Below are positions 33,974 to 42,078 of a DNA stretch of 64,000 nucleotides, piece after piece. Every line of letters starts with the position of its first letter. The stretch's first letter is position 1. A model generated the notes under the pieces. The model made no database searches and was not told the origin of the DNA. It saw nothing but the letters and a program-made list of their open reading frames with translations. The position numbers and the translations under genes were made by a program. This DNA comes from an uncultured bacterium (lineage in GTDB: Bacteria; Bacillota; Clostridia; Oscillospirales; CAG-272): positions 14,134 through 78,133 of the forward strand of contig CAMEJM010000008.1 of NCBI GenBank assembly GCA_945920215.1, in the 5' to 3' direction.

Positions 33974-35700
33974 TACGTCGGTTTGCAAGATATTACCGCC
34001 CTTATCTGACGGAGTTTTTCTTAGATCTGCTCGCGGCGGCACTGGTAGCGGGGTGCAACCTGCTGTTCCCGCTCTTTACCCGCGCGCTCCTCAACAACTA
34101 CATACAGAACAAGGACCTGCGTATGGTTCTGCTGCTCGCGGCGGTGCTGCTGGGGCTGTACCTCGGCAAGGTGGGGCTGAACTATTACATGGCGTGCCAG
34201 GGGCATATCATGAGCGCCAAGATACAGGCGGATATGCGCCGGGATTTGTTCCACAAGCTGCAAAGGCTGCCCTGCTCCTATTTTGACAACCACAAGACGG
34301 GGGCGCTGATGTCCCGCATGACAAGCGACCTCTTCGACGTTTCGGAGTTGGCGCACCACGGTCCGGAGGATCTGTTCATCTCCGCGGCGCAGTTCATCGG
34401 CGCGTTTGTCATTCTGTTGAATATCAACGTGTATCTGACCTTGATCAGCTTCGCCGTCATTCCCGCTTTGGTGCTGCTTTTGGCAAGGTTGCGCCGTGCG
34501 CTCGGCAACTCCTCGCGCCTCTCGCGCGTGCGGACGGCAGAGCTCAACGCCGGGCTCGAAAATTCGATTTCCGGCGTGCGCGTGACGCGTGCGTTCAACG
34601 CGGAGGAGCAGGAGGAGGGGCAGTTTGCCGTTGCCAACGGCGCGTATGTGGAATCCCGCAAGATGTTCTGCCGCGCCATGGGCGTATTCCACGGCTGGAT
34701 GACCTTCGGCACGGACGTTTTGCCGCTCCTGGTACTGACGGTGGGCGGCATTCTGATCATCCGCGGCGGCCGCATGGACTACGTGGATCTCGTGACCTTT
34801 ATGCTGTACGTATCGGTCTTCACACAGCCGATTACCAAAATGGTGGGCTTTACCGAACAGTATGAGAATGGAATGAGCGGCTTTGCCCGCTTCTGCGAAA
34901 TCATGGAGGAGCCGGAGGAAGAGGACGATGAGGGCGCCGTGGAAGCGCCGCCGCTGACGGGGGATATTCGTTTTGAAAACGTGCATTTCTCTTACGACGG
35001 AAGCGGAGAGGTGCTGCACGGGGTTTCTTTGGAAGCCAAGGCGGGGACAACGCTGGCGCTTGTCGGCTCCTCCGGCGGGGGGAAGACCACGGTCTGCCAC
35101 CTGATCCCGCGCTTCTATGAGCCGAGCGACGGGCGGATTATGATAGACGGCACCGACATCCGCCGCTTTACGCGCGCTTCCCTGCGCAGGCAGATCGGAA
35201 TGGTGGCGCAGGACGTGTTTCTGTTCAACGCAACCATTTACGAGAACATCGCGTACGGAAACCCCGACGCCACGCCGGAGCAAGTGGAGAGCGCCGCGCG
35301 TGCGGCGCGCCTTGACGAGTACATCCGCAGTCTGCCGCAGGGATACCAAACCGTGGTGGGGGAGCGCGGGGTCAAGCTGTCCGGCGGGCAGAAGCAGCGC
35401 ATTGCCATCGCGCGGGTGTTCCTCAAGGATCCGCCCATTCTGATTCTCGACGAGGCGACGAGCGCGCTCGACAACATCACCGAGCAGCAGATACAGGAGA
35501 GCCTGCACGACCTCTGCCGCGGCAGAACCACCGTGGTGGTGGCGCACCGTTTGTCCACCGTGCGGCGGGCGGATGAAATCCTCTATGTGGAGGACGGGCG
35601 CATTGTCGAGAGCGGCACGCACGAGGCTCTGATGGCGCAGGGCGGAGAGTACGCCCACCTTGTCCACGCTACGGCGCCGCTTGCCGAGGGGAATCTATAA
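33970..35700 (+). CDS. ABC exporter, fused permease/ATP-binding (MsbA/multidrug type)
   Basis: Six-TM N-terminal half, Walker A GSSGGGKTT, signature LSGGQKQRIAIAR and Walker B ILILDEATSALD. Confidence 0.92.
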   Translation: MIRRFARYYRPYLTEFFLDLLAAALVAGCNLLFPLFTRALLNNYIQNKDLRMVLLLAAVLLGLYLGKVGLNYYMACQGHIMSAKIQADMRRDLFHKLQRLPCSYFDNHKTGALMSRMTSDLFDVSELAHHGPEDLFISAAQFIGAFVILLNINVYLTLISFAVIPALVLLLARLRRALGNSSRLSRVRTAELNAGLENSISGVRVTRAFNAEEQEEGQFAVANGAYVESRKMFCRAMGVFHGWMTFGTDVLPLLVLTVGGILIIRGGRMDYVDLVTFMLYVSVFTQPITKMVGFTEQYENGMSGFARFCEIMEEPEEEDDEGAVEAPPLTGDIRFENVHFSYDGSGEVLHGVSLEAKAGTTLALVGSSGGGKTTVCHLIPRFYEPSDGRIMIDGTDIRRFTRASLRRQIGMVAQDVFLFNATIYENIAYGNPDATPEQVESAARAARLDEYIRSLPQGYQTVVGERGVKLSGGQKQRIAIARVFLKDPPILILDEATSALDNITEQQIQESLHDLCRGRTTVVVAHRLSTVRRADEILYVEDGRIVESGTHEALMAQGGEYAHLVHATAPLAEGNL

Positions 35701-35762
35701 GGGGGCTTCGTCTCCGGAGAATCCCTTTCACGGCATGACACCGTGTTCAGCAACGAAGCAAT

Positions 35763-35796
35763 CAAAACAGGCGGAGCCGCAAACGCGGCTCCGCCT
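35763..35796. terminator. Terminator hairpin between convergent ABC exporter and clpB
   Basis: GGCGGAGCCGC-AAAC-GCGGCTCCGCC. The T run on the minus strand (GTTTTGATT) favours clpB termination. Confidence 0.6.
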
Positions 35797-35896
35797 TGCC
35801 TGTATTCCGCCTTTTCGGAGAGAATACAGGATGAGAGTATTATTGAAAAGATTTCTGCTGCGCGCGGGTATCACTCCCCGCGGTGCGGGTGTGGCG

Positions 35897-38488
35897 TCAG
35901 CGGACGACCAGTTCCGTGCCGTTGTAATCGACGGTCAATGTGGTATCGGGGGCGACGTCCTCGGCGACGATCTTGCGCGCGACAAGGGTTTCCACCTTGC
36001 TTTGCAGGAAGCGGCGCAGGGGACGCGCGCCGTAGACAGGGTCATAGCCGGAATCAATGATATATGCCTTTGCCGCGTCTGTGATTTCCAACTTGACGTG
36101 ACGGTCGTCGAGACGCCGCTTGAGCGATTCGATGAGCAAATCCACGATTTTGGAGACGTCGGTGCGGGTCAGGGGTTTGTAGAACACGATTTCGTCAAGA
36201 CGGTTCAGGAACTCGGGGCGGAACGAACGCTTCAGGAGCGCCATGACTTTATCGCGCGCGTCGGGGCTGATGTCGCCCGCCGCGTCAATCCCGTCCAGGA
36301 TGATGTCCGAGCCGAGGTTGGAGGTCAGAATCAGAATGGTGTTCTTGAAGTCCACGGTGCGCCCCTGACTGTCGGTGATACGCCCGTCGTCCAGCACCTG
36401 CAACAGGACGTTGAACACATCCGGGTGCGCCTTTTCGATTTCATCGAACAGCACGACCGAATAGGGATGACGGCGAACGGCTTCGGTGAGCTGACCGCCC
36501 TCATCGTAGCCGACGTATCCGGGAGGCGCGCCGATCAGGCGCGAGACGGAGTATTTCTCCATATACTCGGACATATCGATCCGAATGAGATTCTTTTCAT
36601 CGTCGAACAGGGCTTCGCACAGCGCCTTGGCAAGTTCGGTTTTCCCGACGCCGGTAGGTCCGAGGAACATGAACGAGCCGAGCGGGCGGTTCGGGTCCTG
36701 AATCCCGGCGCGCGAGCGCAGAATGGCGTCGCACACGCCTTTGACGGCTTCGTCCTGACCGATGACGCGGCGGTGGAGGAGATCCTCCATGTGCAGGAGT
36801 TTATCGCGTTCGCCCTCTAAGAGTTTGGAAACGGGGATTCCCGTCCAGCGCGCGACGATACGGGCGATCTCGTCCTCCGTCACCGCGTTGCGGAGCAGGG
36901 TGGTACGGGTATTGGCGTCGTTCGCTTCGGCTTCCGCCAGTTCCTTTTGCAGCTGCGGGAGTTTACCGTATTTCAGTTCTGCCGCGCGGTTGAGGTCGTA
37001 GTCGTTCTGCGCGCGTTCGATGGCGGCGTTGGTGGCTTCGATCTCCTCGCGGATCTTCTGAGTTTTGCCGATGGCTTCCTTTTCGCTCTCCCACTTAGCT
37101 TTCATGGCGGCGAATTTCTCTCTGTCCTCGGCAAGCTCGCGCCGGATGTCGGCAAGGTGTTCCATGGACAGTTTATCGGTTTCCTTGGACAGCGCGGCTT
37201 CCTCGATTTCATGCTGCATGATACGGCGGGAGATCTCATCCATTTCGGTCGGCATGGAGTTCATCTCGGTTTTGATGAGCGCGCACGCCTCGTCCACCAG
37301 GTCGATTGCCTTATCGGGCAGGAAGCGGTCCGTGATATACCGGTTGGATAGGGTGGCGGCGGCAATCAGCGCCTGATCGTGGATCTTCACGCCGTGCCAG
37401 ACCTCGTACCGTTCTTTCAGACCGCGCAGAATCGCGATGGTGTCCTCCACCGTCGGCTCATCGATCGTGACGGGCTGGAAGCGGCGCTCAAGGGCGGGGT
37501 CTTTTTCGATATATTTCCGGTACTCGTCCAGTGTGGTCGCGCCGATGCAGTGCAGCTCACCCCGCGCGAGCATAGGCTTGAGCAGGTTGCCCGCGTCCAT
37601 TGCGCCGTCGGTTTTACCCGCGCCGACGATGGTGTGAAGTTCATCGATGAAGAGAATGATTTTGCCCTCGGAGGCCTTGACCTCGCCGAGGACGGCTTTC
37701 AGCCTTTCCTCAAACTCGCCGCGGAATTTCGCGCCCGCAATCAGGGCGCCCATATCGAGGGAAAATACCGTGCGGTTCTTAAGGTTGTCGGGCACGTCTC
37801 CGCGTACGATACGCTGGGCAAGCCCCTCCACAACCGCGGTTTTACCGACGCCGGGCTCGCCTATCAGGACAGGGTTGTTTTTGGTTTTGCGCGACAGAAT
37901 CCGAATGACGTTCCGGATTTCATCGTCTCTGCCGATGACGGGGTCGAGTTTCTGGGTGCGCGCCAGCTCCACCAGATCCTGCCCGTACTTTTTCAGCACG
38001 TCGTAGGTGGCTTCCGGGTTGTCGCCGGTCACGCGGCTGTTGCCGCGGATCTCACGGACGGCTTTCAGAGCCGCGTCCCGCGCGATACCGTTTTTCTTGA
38101 AAATCGCCGCGAGGGCGTCGTCTGCGTCGTCGATGAGGGCGAGCAGAATGTGCTCCAGAGACACATATTCGTCTTTCATGTCGGCGGCGAGTTTTTCCGC
38201 GTCCGCCAGGGCGGTATTCAGCGCGCCGGAGACGTAAATCTTATCGGCTTCGGTGGCGCCGACGCGCACCTTGGGCAGTTTTTCAATGGCGGCGTCCAGG
38301 GCGCTTTTGACGGCTTGGGTCTGCACGCCCATGCGGGTGAGGATCCCCGAGGTCAGACCGTCGGCGTCCTCGAGCATGGCGCGCAGCAAATGCGCCTGTT
38401 CAAGCTGCTGGTTGGAGGAACGGGTGGCAAGCGTTTGCGCGGCTTGCAGGGCTTCCAGACTCTTCTGGGTAAAATGTTGCATATTCAT
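35897..38488 (-). CDS. clpB: ATP-dependent chaperone ClpB
   Basis: Two AAA+ modules (GEPGVGKTA and GPTGVGKTE) flank a long coiled-coil middle domain. The N-terminus is [16 protein letters not shown] used ATG at 38488 with an AAAGGAG Shine-Dalgarno. Confidence 0.95.
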   Translation of the reverse strand: MNMQHFTQKSLEALQAAQTLATRSSNQQLEQAHLLRAMLEDADGLTSGILTRMGVQTQAVKSALDAAIEKLPKVRVGATEADKIYVSGALNTALADAEKLAADMKDEYVSLEHILLALIDDADDALAAIFKKNGIARDAALKAVREIRGNSRVTGDNPEATYDVLKKYGQDLVELARTQKLDPVIGRDDEIRNVIRILSRKTKNNPVLIGEPGVGKTAVVEGLAQRIVRGDVPDNLKNRTVFSLDMGALIAGAKFRGEFEERLKAVLGEVKASEGKIILFIDELHTIVGAGKTDGAMDAGNLLKPMLARGELHCIGATTLDEYRKYIEKDPALERRFQPVTIDEPTVEDTIAILRGLKERYEVWHGVKIHDQALIAAATLSNRYITDRFLPDKAIDLVDEACALIKTEMNSMPTEMDEISRRIMQHEIEEAALSKETDKLSMEHLADIRRELAEDREKFAAMKAKWESEKEAIGKTQKIREEIEATNAAIERAQNDYDLNRAAELKYGKLPQLQKELAEAEANDANTRTTLLRNAVTEDEIARIVARWTGIPVSKLLEGERDKLLHMEDLLHRRVIGQDEAVKGVCDAILRSRAGIQDPNRPLGSFMFLGPTGVGKTELAKALCEALFDDEKNLIRIDMSEYMEKYSVSRLIGAPPGYVGYDEGGQLTEAVRRHPYSVVLFDEIEKAHPDVFNVLLQVLDDGRITDSQGRTVDFKNTILILTSNLGSDIILDGIDAAGDISPDARDKVMALLKRSFRPEFLNRLDEIVFYKPLTRTDVSKIVDLLIESLKRRLDDRHVKLEITDAAKAYIIDSGYDPVYGARPLRRFLQSKVETLVARKIVAEDVAPDTTLTVDYNGTELVVR

Positions 38489-38573
38489 GATACAGTCTCC
38501 TTTCGAAAGGATCTGCGCGAGGGCTTCCGCTCTCATTTCCTTTGCCTATATGGTATACAGCAATTGTGTACAA

Positions 38574-38602
38574 ATTATATATAAATCATGTCCTAACTGT
38601 AA
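38574..38602 (-). promoter_or_regulatory. Sigma-A type promoter for clpB
   Basis: The minus strand reads TTACAG, 17-nt spacer, TATAAT. Confidence 0.5.
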
Positions 38603-38605
38603 ATG

Positions 38606-38632
38606 TTAGCACTCTAATGGCGAGAGTGCTAA
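38606..38632. promoter_or_regulatory. CIRCE operator (HrcA binding site)
   Basis: TTAGCACTC-TAATGGCGA-GAGTGCTAA is a perfect match to the consensus TTAGCACTC-N9-GAGTGCTAA. Confidence 0.85.
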
Positions 38633-38712
38633 AAATAAAAAGAGAGGGGAGAGACAAGGCGGGAAAACAGGATGGAAAACGGGAAATACAGGCAAAAGCG
38701 AGGCTGTATTTG

Positions 38713-38741
38713 TTGACATCGCGCTTTCACAATGATAAAAT
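38713..38741 (+). promoter_or_regulatory. Sigma-A type promoter for the FGGY kinase gene
   Basis: TTGACA, 17-nt spacer, TAAAAT. This excludes the upstream in-frame ATG at 38732 as a start. Confidence 0.6.
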
Positions 38742-38773
38742 TAAGGAAAGAAACAAAGAGCGGGAGAGAGAGC

Positions 38774-40252
38774 ATGAAACAGGTACTTGCATTTGACTTC
38801 GGCGCTTCCTCCGGGCGCGCCATGCTGGGGCGCTATGACGGAGAAAAGCTCACCATGACCGAAATCCACCGTTTTTCCAACGATACCGTATCGGTCGGGG
38901 ACACCATGTACTGGGATATTCTCCGCCTGTGGTATGAAATCAAGCAGGCGTTCTACAAGCTCCGCCAGAGCGGTGAGAAAATCGACGCGGTGGGCATCGA
39001 CACCTGGGGGGTGGACTTTGCTCTGATCGGGCGGGACGGCGAAATGCTGCAAAGCCCGGTGCATTATCGGGACGCGCGCACAAACGGCGTGCCGGAAAAG
39101 GTGTTCCAAACCCTCTCCTGCCATGACATTTATCTGCGCACCGGCATTCAGACCATGCGCATCAATACGCTGTACCAGTTGTGGTATCTTGCGCACGAGA
39201 AACCGGAGCTGCTTGCGGCTGCCGACAAAATCCTGATGATCCCCGACCTGTTCGCCTATTTTCTGACGGGGGTCATGCGCACCGAGCGCACCAACGCTTC
39301 CACCACCAACTTCCTTAACCCCCACACGCGGGAATGGGACGCCGCGCTTCTTGAAAAATTGGGCATTCCCACCCGCATTCTGCCCCCGCTGATCGACGCG
39401 GGAGAGATTTACGGCACCGTGCGCCCCGCGCTGGCGCAGGAGCTGGGGATAGGGGAAATCCCCGTGGTGGCGGTCTGCACCCATGACACCGGCTCCGCCG
39501 TGGCGGCGGCGCCCGCCGACCGCGATTTCGCGTACATCAGCTGCGGTACCTGGTCGCTGTTCGGCACTGAACTGAAGAAACCGCTGATCAACGAACAGAC
39601 CGAGAAGGTGCAGTACACCAACGAGGGGGGCTACGGCGGAACCATCCGTTTCCTCAAGAACATCATGGGGCTTTGGCTCATTCAGGAATCCCGCCGCGAG
39701 TGGATCCGGCAGGGGCAGGACGTTTCCTATGCGGACCTGGAGCGCGAGGCGCTGGCGGCGGAGCCGTTCCGCTGCTGGATCGACGTGGACGCGCCGGAGT
39801 TTGAGAGCGCGGGGGATCTGCCCGCACGGGTGCAGGCATTCTGCCGTGCGACGGGACAATATGTTCCCGAGGGGCGCGGGGAGATCATGCGCTGCATCTA
39901 CCAGTCGATTGCCATGAAGTACCGCCTGAATTACGACAAGCTCTGCCGCCTGACGGGCATCCGCTACCCGCAGATCAATATGCTGGGCGGAGGAATCAAG
40001 GATACTCTTTTGTGCCGCATGACGGCGAACGCCACCGGCGCAACGGTGCTGGCAGGCCCCGCGGAGGCGACCGTGATGGGGAACATCGCGGTGCAGATGA
40101 TGACCCTCGGTGAGCTGGCGGATCTGCAGGACGCCCGCCGCGCCGTCGCCGCGTCTGTCAAGTTGCAAACCTATACCCCCGACGAGGCGCAGGCGTGGGA
40201 GGAGCAGCTTCCTCTTTACAGCCGCTACCTCGGCAAAAGCGCGCTCCGCTGA
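38774..40252 (+). CDS. rhaB: FGGY-family carbohydrate kinase, rhamnulokinase-like
   Basis: The N-terminus AFDFGASSGRAMLG...IHRFSN..V......YWDI is typical of RhaB, and TWGVDF and GGG(I/S)K motifs are present. Substrate is inferred from similarity only. Confidence 0.8.
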   Translation: MKQVLAFDFGASSGRAMLGRYDGEKLTMTEIHRFSNDTVSVGDTMYWDILRLWYEIKQAFYKLRQSGEKIDAVGIDTWGVDFALIGRDGEMLQSPVHYRDARTNGVPEKVFQTLSCHDIYLRTGIQTMRINTLYQLWYLAHEKPELLAAADKILMIPDLFAYFLTGVMRTERTNASTTNFLNPHTREWDAALLEKLGIPTRILPPLIDAGEIYGTVRPALAQELGIGEIPVVAVCTHDTGSAVAAAPADRDFAYISCGTWSLFGTELKKPLINEQTEKVQYTNEGGYGGTIRFLKNIMGLWLIQESRREWIRQGQDVSYADLEREALAAEPFRCWIDVDAPEFESAGDLPARVQAFCRATGQYVPEGRGEIMRCIYQSIAMKYRLNYDKLCRLTGIRYPQINMLGGGIKDTLLCRMTANATGATVLAGPAEATVMGNIAVQMMTLGELADLQDARRAVAASVKLQTYTPDEAQAWEEQLPLYSRYLGKSALR

Positions 40253-40297
40253 AACGTGCGGAGAGGCACTGACTGAAACGAAATCCCAAAGGGGCGC

Positions 40298-40329
40298 GTG
40301 CGCGGCACGCGCCCCTTTTCCCGTTGCGC
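40298..40329 (+). terminator. Intrinsic terminator after the kinase gene
   Basis: AAAGGGGCGCGTGC-GCG-GCACGCGCCCCTTTT. Confidence 0.7.
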
Positions 40330-40481
40330 CGGATATCGCGCGGCAAAAAACGGCGCAAGCCGCAAAGGAAAAGAAACAATATCCGAGAAAAGAGAAAAAG
40401 AAAAAATATATCAAAGAAATATAAAAATGTATAAAAAGATATATCAAGTGAAAAAACAGGCAAAAATCCTCTTGACACGGC

Positions 40482-40510
40482 GCGGAAGTTGTGTTATTCT
40501 ATGCCTTGCG
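40482..40510 (+). promoter_or_regulatory. Sigma-A type promoter for the Fur-family/exporter operon
   Basis: TTGACA, 17-nt spacer, TATTCT with extended TGT. It is preceded by a ~110-nt A-rich tract. Confidence 0.55.
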
Positions 40511-40514
40511 TAAA

Positions 40515-40531
40515 TTGAGAGTGACTCTCAA
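40515..40531. promoter_or_regulatory. Perfect 8-1-8 palindrome, candidate autoregulatory operator of the Fur-family regulator
   Basis: TTGAGAGT-G-ACTCTCAA lies 5 nt downstream of the -10, so it would cover the transcription start. Confidence 0.45.
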
Positions 40532-40569
40532 AAAAGAAAGAAAACTCTTCCAAAGAGGGCGAGAGCAAA

Positions 40570-40980
40570 ATGTCCTATCAGACAGAACAAAAGGAAGCGC
40601 TGACGCGCTTTCTCTCCGAGAACGCGGAGCGGCAGTTCACCGTCCATGCGCTGACAGAGGAGCTAAGAAAAGAAGCCGAGATCGGGGAATCCACGGTGTA
40701 CCGCCTGATGAAAGTACTGGTGGAGGAGGGGCGCGTGCGCCGCTTCATGGTGGACGCCTCCCGCCGGGTATACTATCAGTATGTGGGCGGAGGCGCCTGC
40801 GTATCCCACCTGCATCTCAAGTGTACTTCCTGCGGGCGCCTGTTCCACCTTGACAGAAGCGTTTCGGAATTTATGCAGAAGCAAATACTCGCCACCAGCC
40901 GTTTCATGCTGGATGAAAACAAAACCATGTTATTCGGCACCTGCCACAGGTGCAGCGGAGGAACCCCTGTTCATGCTTGA
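40570..40980 (+). CDS. Fur-family metalloregulator (Fur/Zur/PerR type)
   Basis: Winged-helix segment ESTVYRLMKVLVEEGRV. Structural-zinc cysteines are CTSCG ... CHRC. HLHLKC lies in the regulatory metal region. Confidence 0.85.
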   Translation: MSYQTEQKEALTRFLSENAERQFTVHALTEELRKEAEIGESTVYRLMKVLVEEGRVRRFMVDASRRVYYQYVGGGACVSHLHLKCTSCGRLFHLDRSVSEFMQKQILATSRFMLDENKTMLFGTCHRCSGGTPVHA

Positions 40981-41887
40981 CGTTATACTGGATACATTAC
41001 TGGATTTTTTGAAGACCCTGCCGTTTCTGTTCCTAACATATCTGCTGCTTGAGTTTCTGGAGCATAAGATGGGGGCGCGTACCCGCGCGGTGCTGCGGGG
41101 AGCGGGTCCGTTTGCGCCGGCGGTCGGAGGGCTGCTCGGCGCGGTGCCGCAGTGCGGCTTTTCCGCCGCCGCCGCGGGGCTTTACGCGGGGCGGGTGCTG
41201 ACGCTCGGCACCCTGTTCGCCGTTTTTCTCTCCACCTCAGACGAGATGCTGATCATTGTTCTGAGCAACGTGACGGAAGGGACGTTCGCGCCTTGGAGCG
41301 TACTGCGCATTCTCGGCGGAAAGGTGGTCATCGGCATTCTGTGCGGGACCCTCATTGACGCGGGCGTGCGCCTGTGCGGGCGTTTCAGGCGCGGAGAGGA
41401 GCCGCACACCCATGAGGAGGAGATGCACGCGCATATCGGCAAGCTCTGCGCGCACGACCACTGCGGCTGCGAGGGGGGGATTTTCCGCTCCGCTCTGCGC
41501 CATACGCTTGAAATCGGCGGATTTCTGCTTCTTGTGACTTTCGCCCTGAACACCGTTGTGCATTTTGTGGGGCAGGATGTTCTGGCGGACTTTCTGCGCG
41601 GGCGCGGGGCGCTTTCCTGCCTGCTTTCGGCGCTGGTGGGTCTGATCCCCAACTGCGCGGCTTCGGTGGTCGTCACCGAGCTGTATCTGGCGGGGGCGCT
41701 CTCGGTCGGCGCGCTGTATGCCGGGCTTCTGACCGGCGCGGGCGTCGGAATACTGGTGCTGTGCCGCGCGAATCGCCCGTGGTGGCACAACCTCCTGATC
41801 ATAGTATCCCTGTGGGGCATCGGGGCGCTGTTCGGCTCTCTGATCGATCTTTGCGGCTTCGAGTGGCTGGGGCTGAAGTTCCGGTAA
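40973..41887 (+). CDS. Polytopic membrane protein, putative heavy-metal/arsenical-type exporter (ArsP_2-like)
   Basis: Multiple TM helices, the conserved GAVPQCGFS motif, a His/Cys-rich loop (HTHEEEMHAHIGKLCAHDHCGCEGG) and a second LIPNCAAS motif. It overlaps the Fur-family gene by 8 nt. The family name is from memory. Confidence 0.78.
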   Translation: MLDVILDTLLDFLKTLPFLFLTYLLLEFLEHKMGARTRAVLRGAGPFAPAVGGLLGAVPQCGFSAAAAGLYAGRVLTLGTLFAVFLSTSDEMLIIVLSNVTEGTFAPWSVLRILGGKVVIGILCGTLIDAGVRLCGRFRRGEEPHTHEEEMHAHIGKLCAHDHCGCEGGIFRSALRHTLEIGGFLLLVTFALNTVVHFVGQDVLADFLRGRGALSCLLSALVGLIPNCAASVVVTELYLAGALSVGALYAGLLTGAGVGILVLCRANRPWWHNLLIIVSLWGIGALFGSLIDLCGFEWLGLKFR

Positions 41888-41927
41888 CAGCCCGTTGTCT
41901 CTGACTGACGCGGTAATATTCTTTTAT

Positions 41928-41960
41928 GCGCGGCTCTTTCGGGAGCCGCGTTTTCCGTTT
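41928..41960 (+). terminator. Intrinsic terminator
   Basis: GCGCGGCTC-TTTCG-GGAGCCGCG followed by TTTTCCGTTT. Confidence 0.7.
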
Positions 41961-41994
41961 CGCAAAAACCTCATCAAATTTTTTCTGATCCTTG

Positions 41995-42023
41995 TTGACA
42001 TTTGATGACAAACGGTATACAAT
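41995..42023 (+). promoter_or_regulatory. Sigma-A type promoter for the InlB-B-repeat lipoprotein gene
   Basis: TTGACA, 17-nt spacer, TACAAT. Confidence 0.65.
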
Positions 42024-42078
42024 TGTAATACAACAGAATACGATTGAATACATATCGGTGTGAAGAAAGGGAGAAAAC

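Noticed and set aside
38741-40447. 568-aa ORF on the minus strand
   Set aside because: It is antisense to the FGGY kinase gene and runs through that gene's terminator. It has no recognisable motif.
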